A stretch of DNA of 64,000 bases, from contig NC_135759.1 in assembly GCF_052425735.1 (NCBI RefSeq), positions 42,532,001 to 42,596,000 of the forward strand. Direction: 5' to 3'. The stretch is from Oculina patagonica (taxonomy: Eukaryota). The translations under genes were made by a program, and so were the position numbers. Below, piece after piece: positions 41,582-54,600 of the stretch. Position 1 is the stretch's first letter; every line of letters begins with the position of its first letter. The notes beneath the pieces are model-generated. The model was not told the DNA's origin and made no database searches. It saw nothing but the letters and a program-made list of their open reading frames with translations.

Positions 41582-43821
41582 AGAAAGGGGGTGGGTCATC
41601 ATTTTTTGAGCCCTCGAAAAGGGGTGGGTTATGTAATTTTGATCTACACGTAGGGGGTGGGTCATCTTATTTATTCACTCACTTTTAACTGTTATAGTTC
41701 CAAGAAAAGTTGTATTCATCAGTATATAAAATTGATAAATTTCTCCATTTAAGCAGTTTTAAATGAATTTCTAGCGATTTCAAAAGGCCCAAATATAAAA
41801 ATTTCCCGGGGGAGCATGCCCCCTGACCCCCCTAGATGGCTTGTAATCATATCATCAGTTTTACCTGACTCTCCTCAACCTGCATAGATTCAAGCTGGGC
41901 TTTAGGCCTTTTAATACCAGTAAACTCTTTCTCAAATAATTTGCAAATAACAACAACAACAAGCTTTATTTGCATGACTGTAAATTTGTTACAATATTGC
42001 AAAAGCGTAAACTTATTTAGTAATAATAATAATAAAAATAAGAAAATAATAATATATAGTAAAAAACAAAAATGATTCATATAAAATTAATTACATTGAT
42101 AGTATTTTGTTACGTAAATCAAAACAAGATGATATAAATTTAATCAATTGCATGGTCACAAAATGATCGGAAGAATTCATTAATTCTAAAATCAAGTCAG
42201 GCACTGGTAGTCGGCTGACATTTAAGATGATAGGCTGTAATGTCTTGTAAAAGTTATCTCTTATTGTTGTATATTTGGAACAATAAAAGAGAAAATGAAT
42301 TTCATCTTCGGTTTTATTACAATCACAGACCGGGCAGAGCCTATTATGTCTGGGCGTATTGTTATATCTGCCTAGTTCGATCATTAACTTATGATTACTA
42401 ATACGTAATTTAGCTAATGTTCTCCTATCAGAAACTCTCCTAGTTAACTCTAGATAATTGGAGGTAGCATATTCGTTCTTAAAAGATCTATAAAATTCTA
42501 GTTTTTGAGAATGCTGTAGAGTATGCTGCCAATACGAAATATATTTCTGTTTCATTGACTGCAGAAACATTGTCACTTTTGCGGTGTCTACTAAATCAGG
42601 ATTAAAATTACCAAAATTAAAATATTCGGATATCTTCATAAGATTAGAGTAAAAACTATTTTTACCAGCGGTGTAAAGTTCTAATGAAATTAAAAAAGAC
42701 CGTCTAACAAAAGAATCCGGTTGCTTTTCTTGGAGATATATCAAATAGTTGAGGATTCTTTGATTAATGGTGATAAGGAGAGGAAATCGACCAAGCTCAG
42801 CTCTACATGCAACATTAGAAGCCTTATTACTTACTTCAAGATAGCGTTTACAAAACTGTAGATGTGTTCTTTCAATTTGTGAACCATCCCAGGCCTTAAA
42901 ATCAGATTTTACATAACCACCCCAAATTTCACTATTATAGAGCAGAATTGGAGATATCATTGCATCAAAGATTTTACAGGCAAGAGAAGGTTTCAATCTA
43001 CTAAAATTTGTGTGTCGTCTCAAACTAAAAAGTGCATGAAGTCCTTTCTCTTTTAGGTGATCAAGTGAGATTTTAAAAGTTCCTGTAGAAGATAGTTTGG
43101 TTCCTAAATAAGTATAATCTTGTACAACATCAATTGTTTGATTTCCTATGTAAAATACATGTTCAGTACATTTTTCGCACGTTTTTGAAAAACCATTGTC
43201 TTGGTTTTTTTGGGATTTACGCTCAACATCCAAGTGTTGCAGTATGTGTCTAATGTGTTAAGACAGTTTTGCAAACCTGTTTTGGAACGTGATAAAATAA
43301 TTAAATCGTCGGCATATAGTAGAATGACTGACAGTGGTTGTATTTTATGTTATTAATTTCTGTATAAAAATATGAACTCTTCAGTAAGTGATTATGAATT
43401 AATATCATATACTGATTCAGTTTCCCCATGGACTTTACACACAAATATGTGGAAAACTTACAAAAGGCTAGTATGAGAAGTGATAAATTCATCCTTCTTT
43501 GGTGTGTTAAGAAATGGAAAAAGACGTACATGTAACAGCAGTGTCCATCAGAGAAAATGTCTATGTAGGGAACTTCACTTTAAAAGCTGAAGTCAAATAA
43601 AAAATCTCCAACCCCTAACAGATGTAAAAGAAATGATAGGTCCCTTGATTTTTTTTAGCAAAGGGGGTGGGTCATGTAATTTTCAACCGCCTGTTAGGGG
43701 TGGGTTAGTCAGTTTTGAGCCAGACGGAAGGGGTGGGTCACAAATTTTCGAGCCACCACTTTTTCAATTGCTCCGGCCCACCCCCCCCCCCCCCCCCCCC
43801 GATACTTATTGACCAGTCCCT
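41582..43821. mobile_element. DNA transposon remnant (GGGGTGGGTCA subterminal repeats; right end ..TTATTGACCAGTCCCT; left end missing), hosting a LINE
   Basis: GGGGTGGGT(C/T)A repeats at 41586-41663 and 43661-43740; abuts the truncated FReD exon 1. Confidence 0.6.
41945..43560 (-). mobile_element. 5'-truncated, frameshifted non-LTR retrotransposon (RT C-terminal half + CCHC zinc knuckle), (GTT)n tail
   Basis: LYADDLIILS near 43310 in a different frame from ORF 42091-43233, which has YTYLG, ELGRFPL and CPVC..EDEIHFLFYC. Confidence 0.88.
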
Positions 43822-45656
43822 TATTTTGTTTTCTGTTTCGCTATGTGAAGTGTTCGTTTGTGGAGCTGCCATATCGGCAGGCAATGGGTGTGCTATTTGT
43901 AAACTTCTGAAAACATTGGTCAACAAACAGAACGAAATTTCACAGCAGAACAAAAATCTCGAGAAAAAGATCGATTTGCTTCTTGGATCCAAAGCCAACT
44001 GCTCAGCAGGTAGGAAGTTCATCTCGATTATTATCGAAAGATAGATAGGTAAACGTTTCATTTGAATCAATCGGAGTACAGTCATAAATAAGCATGTATT
44101 TTATACAAAAGAACATAATTTCAGTGGGCTGCACGCACAAACTTTGTTAAGTTTAGAACTGCTTAATTAAAGGGTTATCGTGCTGTTAGTACTTGCAATT
44201 GAAAAAGAAAAGTCCATTAAAATTACGTTGTAGGAAATTGATTACGCTGTCTCTTGTCCCTATTTTGTGGTCCACTGTGCTGACACGTCGTACAAAAAAA
44301 TACATGAGAAGCCTGTGTCGCAAACTGTTCGTAAACCAGTTTGTGAAAATGGAAACCTTTGCACTTTCTTGTACATTTGATTTGTATTTTTTTAACGTTC
44401 TAAGGGATGTAACACTGCTTTTATACCTTTTCATTCAGTGAATCAAAATGACTGCGCTGACGTCTACAGCTGCGGTCAAACAGTCAGCGGTGTGTACACA
44501 ATCCACCCAGACGGCCAACAGCCCTTTGATGTGTATTGTGACCAGAGCACTGCCGGTGGGGGCTGGACAGTATTTCAGAAGAGACTGGACGGCTCTGTGG
44601 ATTTCTACCGCGGCTGGGCCGACTACAAAGCGGGGTTTGGGCACTTGAATGGCGAGTATTGGCTGGGACTTGATAAGCTGCACGGATTAACCACAAACAA
44701 CAACAAGAGATACAAACTGCGCGTGGATTTAGAAGATACCACCGGAAACACGGCCTACGCGCAGTATGGTTATTTTGCTGTGTCCAGTGAACAGTCCAAG
44801 TATCAGATGAGTCTTGGAACGTACTACGGTAAGGATGTATTATTTTTTTTTCTAGGGACTTTTAAGTGACGACACGAAGTATGCTTCTTGTTTGGAATAA
44901 ATCATTAGGCGCAATGTTTTAACAGGCACGTACAGGAGCGAGTTAGGCCTTCTCCCTTTACAAAGACGATTGAAATCCCGCGTAAACTTGATGCATGAAA
45001 GGTTGGTAAAAAAGGGAAATTAGGACTCCCAATCCAGGCTGTCTGGCAATGACGAGGTACCTTTCAGGGATAGAGCTTTATATGTTTACAGTTGTGGTCA
45101 GTACGGTAACTTTAATTTGGAATATTTGAAGCAAACCTGTAATAAAAGACATCTCGTTCCTCTCTAAGGGAAAAGGTGAATTTGCATTAAGTCACGGCCA
45201 AATCACCTTGCATGGTTCCTTTTAGGGATTTATTTTAAAATTTCGATATGTATAGTATCCATTTTCTAAAAAAAGTCCAGCCACGGGCAGCATACGATTA
45301 TGGCAGTGGTTCCATTCCCAGATATTGCCTTTAAATATTCTCTCAAAGAGGAGTCAGGTGACTCATGTCCTGTTTTGATTGTAGGAACCGCAGGTGATTC
45401 CTTATCCCGTCACAAAAGTCGTCCATTTTCAACAAAGGACCGTGATAATGACTCATGGGGAGATCACTGTGCTGTCAAATTTCACGGCGCGTGGTGGTAC
45501 GGTGCATGTCACAGCTCTAACTTGAACGGTCGCTATCTTCTTGGTGCTCATTCCTCCTATGCTGACGGAGTAAACTGGCATGCCTGGAAAGGATACCACT
45601 ACTCTGCTAAACGCGCGGAGATGAAAATTCGTCCCGATGATTGGATTCCATCGTAA
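43822..45656 (+). pseudogene. Fibrinogen-domain (FReD) gene copy A lacking start codon and signal-peptide N-terminus; exons ~43822-44009, 44439-44828, 45385-45656
   Basis: [73 protein letters not shown]. The 5' codons present in copy B are replaced by a transposon end. Confidence 0.8.
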
Positions 45657-45892
45657 AGATAACGGAGGCAGTTTATTTTCAATGCGCTTTAAGTCAATAG
45701 ATGTTATAGGTGAATCATGATTACTGTAATATGATTTTAACAAAAAGGGCAAGGTTTACAAGTGTAATCTATAAATCAGTGAAGGGACTTGTTCACTTGA
45801 CTATGTGATTATCCTAAGTTGTAACATGAGGAATTAATAAAAACAAGAAATAAAGCAGTTCGTCGTAAATTTCATCCTGCACGGTCGTTATA

Positions 45893-46332
45893 CAGTAGAA
45901 CCTCGGTTACTAGAACTCGGGGATGAGGGGTGGGCGGGGGAGGGTGGGGGGTATCGGGGGAGAGCTTGGGAACGTGGTTGAAATTTTTTTACCCCGATAA
46001 CAACAGTTCTTGTTCTTGCGCCTCACCACGGATGCCGAATGAAATATCCCGGATTTAAACTCCAGAATTAACACTACATCAATTTGATTTTGAATAATTA
46101 GCTCGAATTTGCTAGTTCAATGAACATATCATGTATTTAACAGTCATTTTCCGATCTTACGAGTTATACCGAATGAGGTGCCTTAGCACACTCTGAAGTG
46201 CTGAAAATCAGTGAACTATCAAATCAGTAACATGGCAAATTGAATGTTCAATCGTCCCCGATAACGCGAACCCCCGCTTACTCAAACTGTTTTTCATTTC
46301 CCTTAGGACTTTGAGATACCGAGGTTCTACTG
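45893..46332. mobile_element. pogo/Tigger-like MITE (CAGTAGAACCTCG TIR); internally deleted paralog at ~62386-62447
   Basis: TA|CAGTAGAACCTCGG ... CCGAGGTTCTACTG. Confidence 0.75.
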
Positions 46333-47901
46333 TTTAAATTTGATATAATTTAAACTATAACTTTTACACAGATGTCCCGCTTCCGCCCGTTTAAAGTCGT
46401 TTCCACACACTTTTGTATGTAGATTAGTGCAAAGTTATATAGAGTCTTCATTGAAGGCAATCCAATTCAAATTTTGTCAGGTGAAGGGTAACAATCGTGT
46501 CATTATGCTCCATTTCGGCTTTTTCTACAACACCGAAATAAACTTATTGCACTACTTTTTTTGATCAGTGTTAGCGAAAATATTTTCTAGCCAGTAAAAT
46601 TTCGGGGAATTTTGTGCAAGCGCTGGCAGACAGGGAAACATTGTGTCCTCGTTTGCCATCTTCTAAAAAATCGAAATCTCTGACGGGTTACAATCTTTTT
46701 GAGCGTGCACAGAGTCTTCAGCCTTGATTGTCATGCCAATCATATTTTGAACTTGCACTTTGGACATCCTCGTCCCTAGCAGAAGTTCTTGCCACAAAGA
46801 TCCGACAAGACAAAACTGTCAGAGGTATCACAATCTTTGGAACAGAGTCGAAAATAAGTCAATTCGCAGATGACACATCAGCCTTTTGTGATAATTTATT
46901 ATCTGTCCAAAACTTGATTGCAATAGTTAACGATTTCGGGACATATTCAGGTCTGAAACTAAACACTTCAAAAACCAAAGCGATATGGTTAGGCCCATGG
47001 CGCAATAGGGAAGATCAGCCCTTCAATCTAAAATGGACAAAAGAACCTGTTAGAACTCTTGGGGTCTTTGTTTCCTACGATGAAAATGGGAATGAGAAAA
47101 GAAACTTTACGCTTAAGGTTCGAAAGCTTAATACTAATCTTGATATTTGGAGATCAAGGAATCTCAGTTTATTTGGAAAGTGTTTGATAACAAAAAGTCT
47201 CGGCATTCCACAATTAGTATACTCCACTTCAAAGTTAGTCATCCCCTCGGAAACTGTCTCTTCAGTTACAACCTCTCTATTTGACTTTATCTGGTGTAAA
47301 AATCCGGACAAAGTTAAAAGGCAAGTCATGTATCAAGACTATGTTGACGGAGGATTACGTGTGCCAAATATGGAGGTAATAGCTAAATCATTAAAACTTA
47401 CTTGGATTTCTAGATTTTTGATAACCGACGCGCTGTCAAGGAAGGAGAACTGGAAGGCAATTCCCTATCATTTTTTCAGAGAATACGGTGGTTTAAACTT
47501 TCTATTACGTTGTAATTACGATAAAAAATTTCTCAACCAGACTGATATACCTCCTTTTTTCGACTATTTTGCTTGTTTACAAGCAAATAGGAGATTAGGA
47601 GTGATGTGGGCAAAATTTGGAACATTCTTGTCTACTCTCAAGGGACTTTTTTAATTTCTCAAGGGACTGTTTTAATTTCTCAAGGGAGTTCTTTCCGCTT
47701 AGTGGGCGATGAAAGGGTCTCTTATTATTATTGCGTCAACACTTTCGATCTCGTGTTAAAGACGTGACTTGTCACATATTCCGGTGTAGGTGATGAAAGG
47801 GTTTGTCATTAGTATTGCGTCAACACTTGCGGGTTCAAATTGCGGCCTCGTGAAAAAGCATTAAAAACGCTAACAAAATTACAGAATTCAGACTACTATA
47901 C

Positions 47902-50900
47902 TACAGAGAACCTTGAAAGAAACTTTGTTTAGAATTTATTTTTAGTTTGGATGAAGTCAAGAAATGTGTTGACAAGGGGCAGAGTATCGAAATTTTTCGC
48001 ACCGTGCTGTACTGCACGGCAGAAATAATTATCCACATGTTCATGTTGAAAGCGAAGTTTTAATTTGAGCAGCCGGCTTTTGAAGTCAATTGTACACTAA
48101 ATGGATTTACCGATCGTTCAAAAAATTACAGAGAACCTTGAAAGAAACTTTGTTTAGAATTTATTTTTAGTTCGGATGAAGTCAAGAAATGTGTTGACAA
48201 GCGGCAGAGTATCGAAATTTTTCGCACCGTGCTGTACTGCACGGCAGAAATAATTATCCACATGTTCATGTTGAAAGCGAAGTTTTAATTTGAGCAGCCG
48301 GCTTTTGAAGTCAATTGTACACTAAATGGATTTACCGATCGTTCAAAAAATTACAGAGAACCTTGAAAGAAACTTTGTTTAGAATTTATTTTTAGTTCGG
48401 ATGAAGTCAAGAAATGTGTTGACAAGCGGCAGAGTATCGGAATTTTTCGCACCGTGCTGTACTGCACGGCAGAAATAATTCGGTGAGGGTAAAAGGCGGA
48501 ATGAGTTTGCGGAATGGCATGTGGCATGACTTGCGGAATGGCATAATTATGCGGAATGTAATTTACGCGGAATGACTCATTGACATAAATTTTACTGAAG
48601 AGCGCGCCAATTTTTAAAGAACAGCCGCTTTATTAAATACTGCGGGCTTAATGATGACAATCGATTGAAGATAGCAGTCGTATGATGTCTTCTTCACGGA
48701 CTCTACGAAAAATATTTCTGCGGCCAGTGTTTCCCCAATGCTAAGGATTTCCCATTCTGTGGACGGTTAATCGCTTTTAGTCAAAAGATAAAAACAACGA
48801 CGAAAAAACATCCCACCGTAGATCTTTATACGAACCGAAAAATGCCTCGGATACATCTTTGTATTAATATTCATGTAGCGGTTATTAATACTGTATAAGT
48901 TAAACAAAACATCGAGACAGAAAGTCCAGTTTTGGCGGATGTCATCTCAGCCTCAGTAAGTACAGGGTACAAAGCAGAGAGATTACGAACACAACAGTGT
49001 ATTTGTTTCATTAGAAGTCTACTAGCCTTGCTTTTCGTTAGTCTCCTTCGCAGCCGCTCGGGCTGAAATCACGCAACGCTCCCGGTTCGGCTCGAGTGCC
49101 GGGCTGCGCCGAAGGAGACTACCTTTTCACCTCCCATTATGAAGACTATATAAACTCAGTGGAAGACTTGAACATTAACTTAAAAAAGCGGCAACCGACT
49201 GCCGATCGAGTAGAGCGAAACTTTCATATAGTGACTATAGTCACTGCACGGTAAAAACAAGCTATCGTTTTTCAAATCTAGCTCGCATTGCAGATTTACC
49301 GATAAGGCAGATAAGGAATCCGGCGAGTAATTATCACTGCCTACTTGTTGTGAATACTTGGCTTTCTCTTAGGAAAAGAAAATCATTCGCTAAACATACA
49401 TTTTATTTTACCGCAAAGATCACGAGACGCACATCGATAAAATCCACTGCGGTGTAAATAGTGTCACACCAGCGGAGAAGCCGTGTCACGATCTTTTCAT
49501 CGCTGTAATAAAAAGCTAGAAATATACCAAAAGTAGTTGTCTTCAATGAAACCACTAGCATTTTCCCACCCCTAGCAAGTTTTGATTTAGAAAGAAACGA
49601 TTCCTGGAACAAGACAGTGACACGGTCACACATTATTTCGCGGGCGACTAACAACACGTCACTTGCTTTCATTTATTTAAATGCGTTCGCCGTTGTCTTT
49701 TTAAAAACTTCTCTTCAAATAGGTTGAACTTGACAGTTGTGTGTCTTGCCTTGAAGTACGTAGCTTTAGAACGAATATCGTTCTGTATTTTGAGGCAAAT
49801 AGACGAGAGTTTTCATTCATGTTAACAGAACTACTCACACTGTACTCCGGCCAACGCCAGCTAGTCGATAATTCAAGTCCTTGGAAGCGTCACGGCAAAT
49901 AGCGAAAATAGTTTATCTGCTTCTGTTCGGCGTAAATCGGTGATTTGAACGGTGAAATGATCTTTACAACGATTTTCTATGGAAGTTTCCTCGTCCATAC
50001 TGCTCAGTCCTTGATTGTTTGAGCCAGCAGTATTTAACAAGGCGGCTTCTCTTTTAAAATTTGGCGCGCTTTTTAGTATAATTTATGTCAATGAATCATC
50101 CCGCGTAAATTACATTCCGCATAATTATGCCATTCCGCAACTCATGCCACATGCCATTCCGCAAACTCATTCCGTCTTTTACCCTCACCGGAAATAATTA
50201 TCCACATGTTCATGTTGAAAGCGAAGTTTTAATTTGAGCAGCCGGCTTTTGAAGTCAATTGTACACTAAATGGATTTACCGATCGTTCAAAAAATTACAG
50301 AGAACCTTGAAAGAAACTTTGTTTAGAATTTATTTTTAGTTCGGATGAAGTCAAGAAATGTGTTGACAAGCGGCAGAGTATCGAAATTTTTCGCACCGTG
50401 CTGTACTGCACGGCAGAAATAATTATCCACATGTTCATGTTGAAAGCGAAGTTTTAATTTGAGCAGCCGGCTTTTGAAGTCAATTGTACACTAAATGGAT
50501 TTACCGATCGTTCAAAAAATTACAGAGAACCTTGAAAGAAACTTTGTTTAGAATTTATTTTTAGTTCGGATGAAGTCAAGAAATGTGTTGACAAGCGGCA
50601 GAGTATCGAAATTTTTCGCACCGTGCTGTACTGCACGGCAGAAATAATTATCCACATGTTCATGTTGAAAGCGAAGTTTTAATTTGAGCAGCCGGCTTTT
50701 GAAGTCAATTGTACACTAAATGGATTTACCGATCGTTCAAAAAATTACAGAGAACCTTGAAAGAAACTTTGTTTAGAATTTATTTTTAGTTCGGATGAAG
50801 TCAAGAAATGTGTTGACAAGCGGCAGAGTATCGAAATTTTTCGCACCGTGCTGTACTGCACGGCAGAAATAATTATCCACATGTTCATGTTGAAAGCGAA

Positions 50901-51690
50901 GTTTTAATTTGAGCAGCCGGCTTTTGAAGTCAATTGTACACTAAATGGATTTACCGATCGTTCAAAAAATTACAGAGAACCTTGAAAGAAACTTTGTTTA
51001 GAATTTATTTTTAGTTCGGATGAAGTCAAGAAATGTGTTGACAAGCGGCAGAGTATCGGAATTTTTCGCACCGTGCTGTACTGCACGGCAGAAATAATTA
51101 TCCACATGTTCATGTTGAAAGCGAAGTTTTAATTTGAGCAGCCGGCTTTTGAAGTCAATTGTACACTAAATGGATTTACCGATCGTTCAAAAAATTACAG
51201 AGAACCTTGAAAGAAACTTTGTTTAGAATTTATTTTTAGTTCGGATAAAGTCAAGAAATGTGTTGACAAGCGGCAGAGTATCGAAATTTTTCGCACCGTG
51301 CTGTACTGCACGGCAGAAATAATTATTCACATGTTCATGTTGAAAGCGAAGTTTTAATTTGAGCAGCCGGCTTTTGAAGTCAATTGTACACTAAATGGAT
51401 TTACCGATCGTTCAAAAAATTACATCCAAGTTCAAAGCAATAACAGTACATTACCAAAAAATTACAGAGAACCTTGAAAGAAACTTTGTTTAGAATTTAT
51501 TTTTAGTTTGGATGAAGTCAAGAAATGTGTTGACAAGGGGCAGAGTATCGAAATTTTTCGCAACGTGCTGTACTGCACGGCAGAAATAATTATCCACATG
51601 TTCATGTTGAAAGCGAAGTTTTAATTTGAGCAGCCGGCTTTTGAAGTCAATTGTACACTAAATGGATTTACCGATCGTTCAAAAAATTAC
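47902..51690. repeat. 225-bp tandem satellite, ~9 copies (third interrupted), plus a partial copy at ~52220-52330
   Basis: Unit starts TACAGAGAACC at 47902, 48127, 48352, 50296, 50521, 50746, 50971, 51196 and 51463; each unit carries the hairpin CCGTGC-TGTACT-GCACGG. Confidence 0.95.
48481..50190. mobile_element. 1.7-kb non-autonomous DNA transposon with ~170-bp TIRs and 9-bp TSD (Mutator-like by TSD and TIR length)
   Basis: CGGTGAGGGTAAAAG.CGGAATGAGTTTGCGGAATGG at both ends, inverted; TSD GAAATAATT at 48472-48480 and 50191-50199. Confidence 0.9.
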
Positions 51691-54600
51691 ATCCAAGTTC
51701 AAAGCAATAACAGTACATTACCATTTCGTTCTCAAAAGACTTGAGAAGCCGCAATTGGTCCTTGTTTAACTCCGTGATTTGAATTCAAAACGCATTTGTA
51801 AGCACTATTACACCATATCTTCGCGGCGGTGAAAGGAAAGATAAATCCTTCATCAACAAGGTTTCAGCACTCTGTACTCCATGGTTTTCCGTTTTAAGGC
51901 CACTTTAAAATTCTATAGTGTTTCTCCTTTCCGTTTTAAGTCCCAAATATGTTTTTTTTTCTTGTTCAGAATCAAAACAAGGCCTTGGAAGTTTGTAAAT
52001 ACGATTTCCTTGTACGATTTCAATGCACGGAATAATACGAAAAACCTTCTTCTAGGACCCCAAGAGTTCTCTAAAAATATGCGCAGAAAACAGATTTTGA
52101 TTGGTTTATTTGCCGTTATTATCTATAGAACAATAGAAGAACCAAAAAAACTCCAGGGAGGGTGGGAAAGGGCATATCCGCTGTAGGTGATGAAAGGGTC
52201 TCTCATTAGTATTGCTTCAAAATTATCCACATGTTCATGTTGAAAGCGAAGTTTTAATTTTAGCAGCCAGCTTGAAGTCAATTGTACACTAAATGGATTT
52301 ACCGATCGTTCAAAAAATTACATCCAAGTTCAAAGCAATAACAGTACATTACCATTTCGTTTTTAAAAGATTTGATAAGCTGCATTTAGTCAGTGTTTTG
52401 AATTCAAAACGCGTAAGCACCATTACAGCATGGCGGCGGTGGAAGGAAAGATAAATTAATCCTTCATCAACAATGTTTTAGCACTCTGTAGTCCATGGTT
52501 TTCCGTTTTAAGGCCACTTTAAAATTCTATATTTCTCCTTATCGTTTTAAGTCTCAAAGATGGTATTTTTCTTGTTGGTTTTCAAAGCCTGGTGAGACCG
52601 GCACAAGCAATTTGGGGGTGGTTTCCAATGTTTGGGTCAACATAACACTGGGGAGCTGGTGTTTTAAAAAGACGTGACTTGTCACATATTCCGCTGTAGG
52701 TGATGAAAGGGGCTCTCATTAGTATTGCGTAAACACTTTCGGGTTCAAATTGCGGCGTTATGGATTGAAGATAACTGTAATTTTTGCATACGCAAGCCAA
52801 ATCGGTCATAAACTGTCTAAAAACGTTTTGTTCTTTGTATTAAAAGGAAAGTTCTTGGAGAGTGCGTTTTATCCATTAGTACAAAGTTATCAGTACAAAG
52901 ATACGCACGTTAATGCTTTAGTTTGGCAAGAGTGAAGTTAATGAAACATGATGAAATAACATAAACGGATACAAATTCCAGTGGTTTTTAACTGTTGCGG
53001 AGTGGAGTGGTTTTCAACGGTTTACGAAGTTTAAAGGAGCAATAGAGCTCTATCTACTGCTCAATAAATTTGTTTTCAATAGCACTGAACTTGACAGTTG
53101 TCATAAACTTTTCTTCACCGTTGGAAGAATTCACTCTGGAAAAGAGACAGATGTTCAGTGGAGCAAGAGAGTTACCTTGAGTGCTAGTGTCATGTGGTAC
53201 AGATGTTTTTTCGATAAAGTTATCGCTACATGGTTTCGCTTTTAGTCTTTGAAGTATTTCCGCACTGCGGTTGGTAAGCGAGTGGGGAAACATCAACGCA
53301 GTTGCAGTATCTGGCAATTCTCATTTATGCTCGTGATTTTTGCCATCAGTAACTGGTTAACTCATTTGCCATCGTTTGCCAAAACGTACAATTTTTAAAG
53401 TGCTACGCTTTTCCTTCTTTTTTTTTCTCTCTCACTTCTGTTATGTTCAATTTTTTTTAACACGTGTTTTCTTTTGTTCTGCCGTGTTTATTTATAGCCG
53501 TTTACGCTATTCCGTTGTCTTAGTTGTTATCAATGCTGACACACCCCTTGACACACCAGTTGAGATAAAATTCTCCCGTTATATGCTAAGCTGCGCTAAA
53601 GAAGTTTTTTTTTTCTTTTTAGAGAGATAAGCTACCACTTTATTCCAATTCTACGGTATGATACATTCTATGAATTTTTGGTATGGCAGTTTTAGTATTT
53701 AATCCTGAATTTCCTACTGTGCGATTAAGTAAGTCGCTAACAGGCTCGTTAGTATGTTTTCGTGAGCGATGCTTTTGAATTTACACAATGGACGCACAGC
53801 AAGATAAAACGAATTTCCGGTAATTGTTTGAGTACATAGGTGGTGGAAAACACGGATCCTGCTTCCCAAAATCCGTAACCGGGTTTACATTACGTTTTTG
53901 ACGTAGGGTATAAGCAAGCCCGACAGTTTATAAATTTCAGTTAGAAACTAAACAGATGAAGTCTTCTTTTTAAGTTATCACCCAAAATTTTATTCTTTCT
54001 TATAATTTGTAACAGATTTTTGGTCTAATTAGACCGTAAATCGCCAAAATTATTTTAATTCGCGTTACTTCCGTTCTCCTCCAAATTTGGTATACAGGAA
54101 GTGAATTTTATCCGCCAATTACCTAGTGATTCCGGCCAAGAAACTTTAATGTGCCTTACATGACGATTTTTGCAGAAGTTATTCCTTCAGCAATATGGCG
54201 GTCTCGGTCTAACGAGCTTTAATAGGGTTTAAAAGCTCGTTAAGATGGTCTTTGAGAAGGAATTATGATCTGAAACGTTTTTCGAGTGTCAGAGAAAGTT
54301 ATTTGGAGATTTGGGTCTATATTCGAAGCTAGAAATTGAGTTAAATTATCTTTCTTGTTGCTTCGCACGTGTTTCGGTCTGTTGCGTATGCTGTTGAATA
54401 ACTTGTGTGTGTTTTTTACATCCCATCGCCCCGGGCAGCTGAAAATTTGAACACGATATTATTCATAGAACGCCCCTCAAACTGCTCAAGGCTGCTTAAT
54501 CGGCAGAGAAAACGGAACAATCGATACTCACCAAGAACTATGTCGGTCAAGCTGGTTATCCTATACGTAGTTATTCCATAAAACGCTGGTTATAGATAGC

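Noticed and set aside
45300-45384. N-terminal extension MAVVPFPD.. of the 118-aa ORFs (also 61793-61877)
   Set aside because: Intronic read-through upstream of the exon 3 acceptor.
47902-51690. CRISPR-like array
   Set aside because: Units are contiguous near-identical 225-mers with no unique spacers and no cas genes; eukaryotic context.
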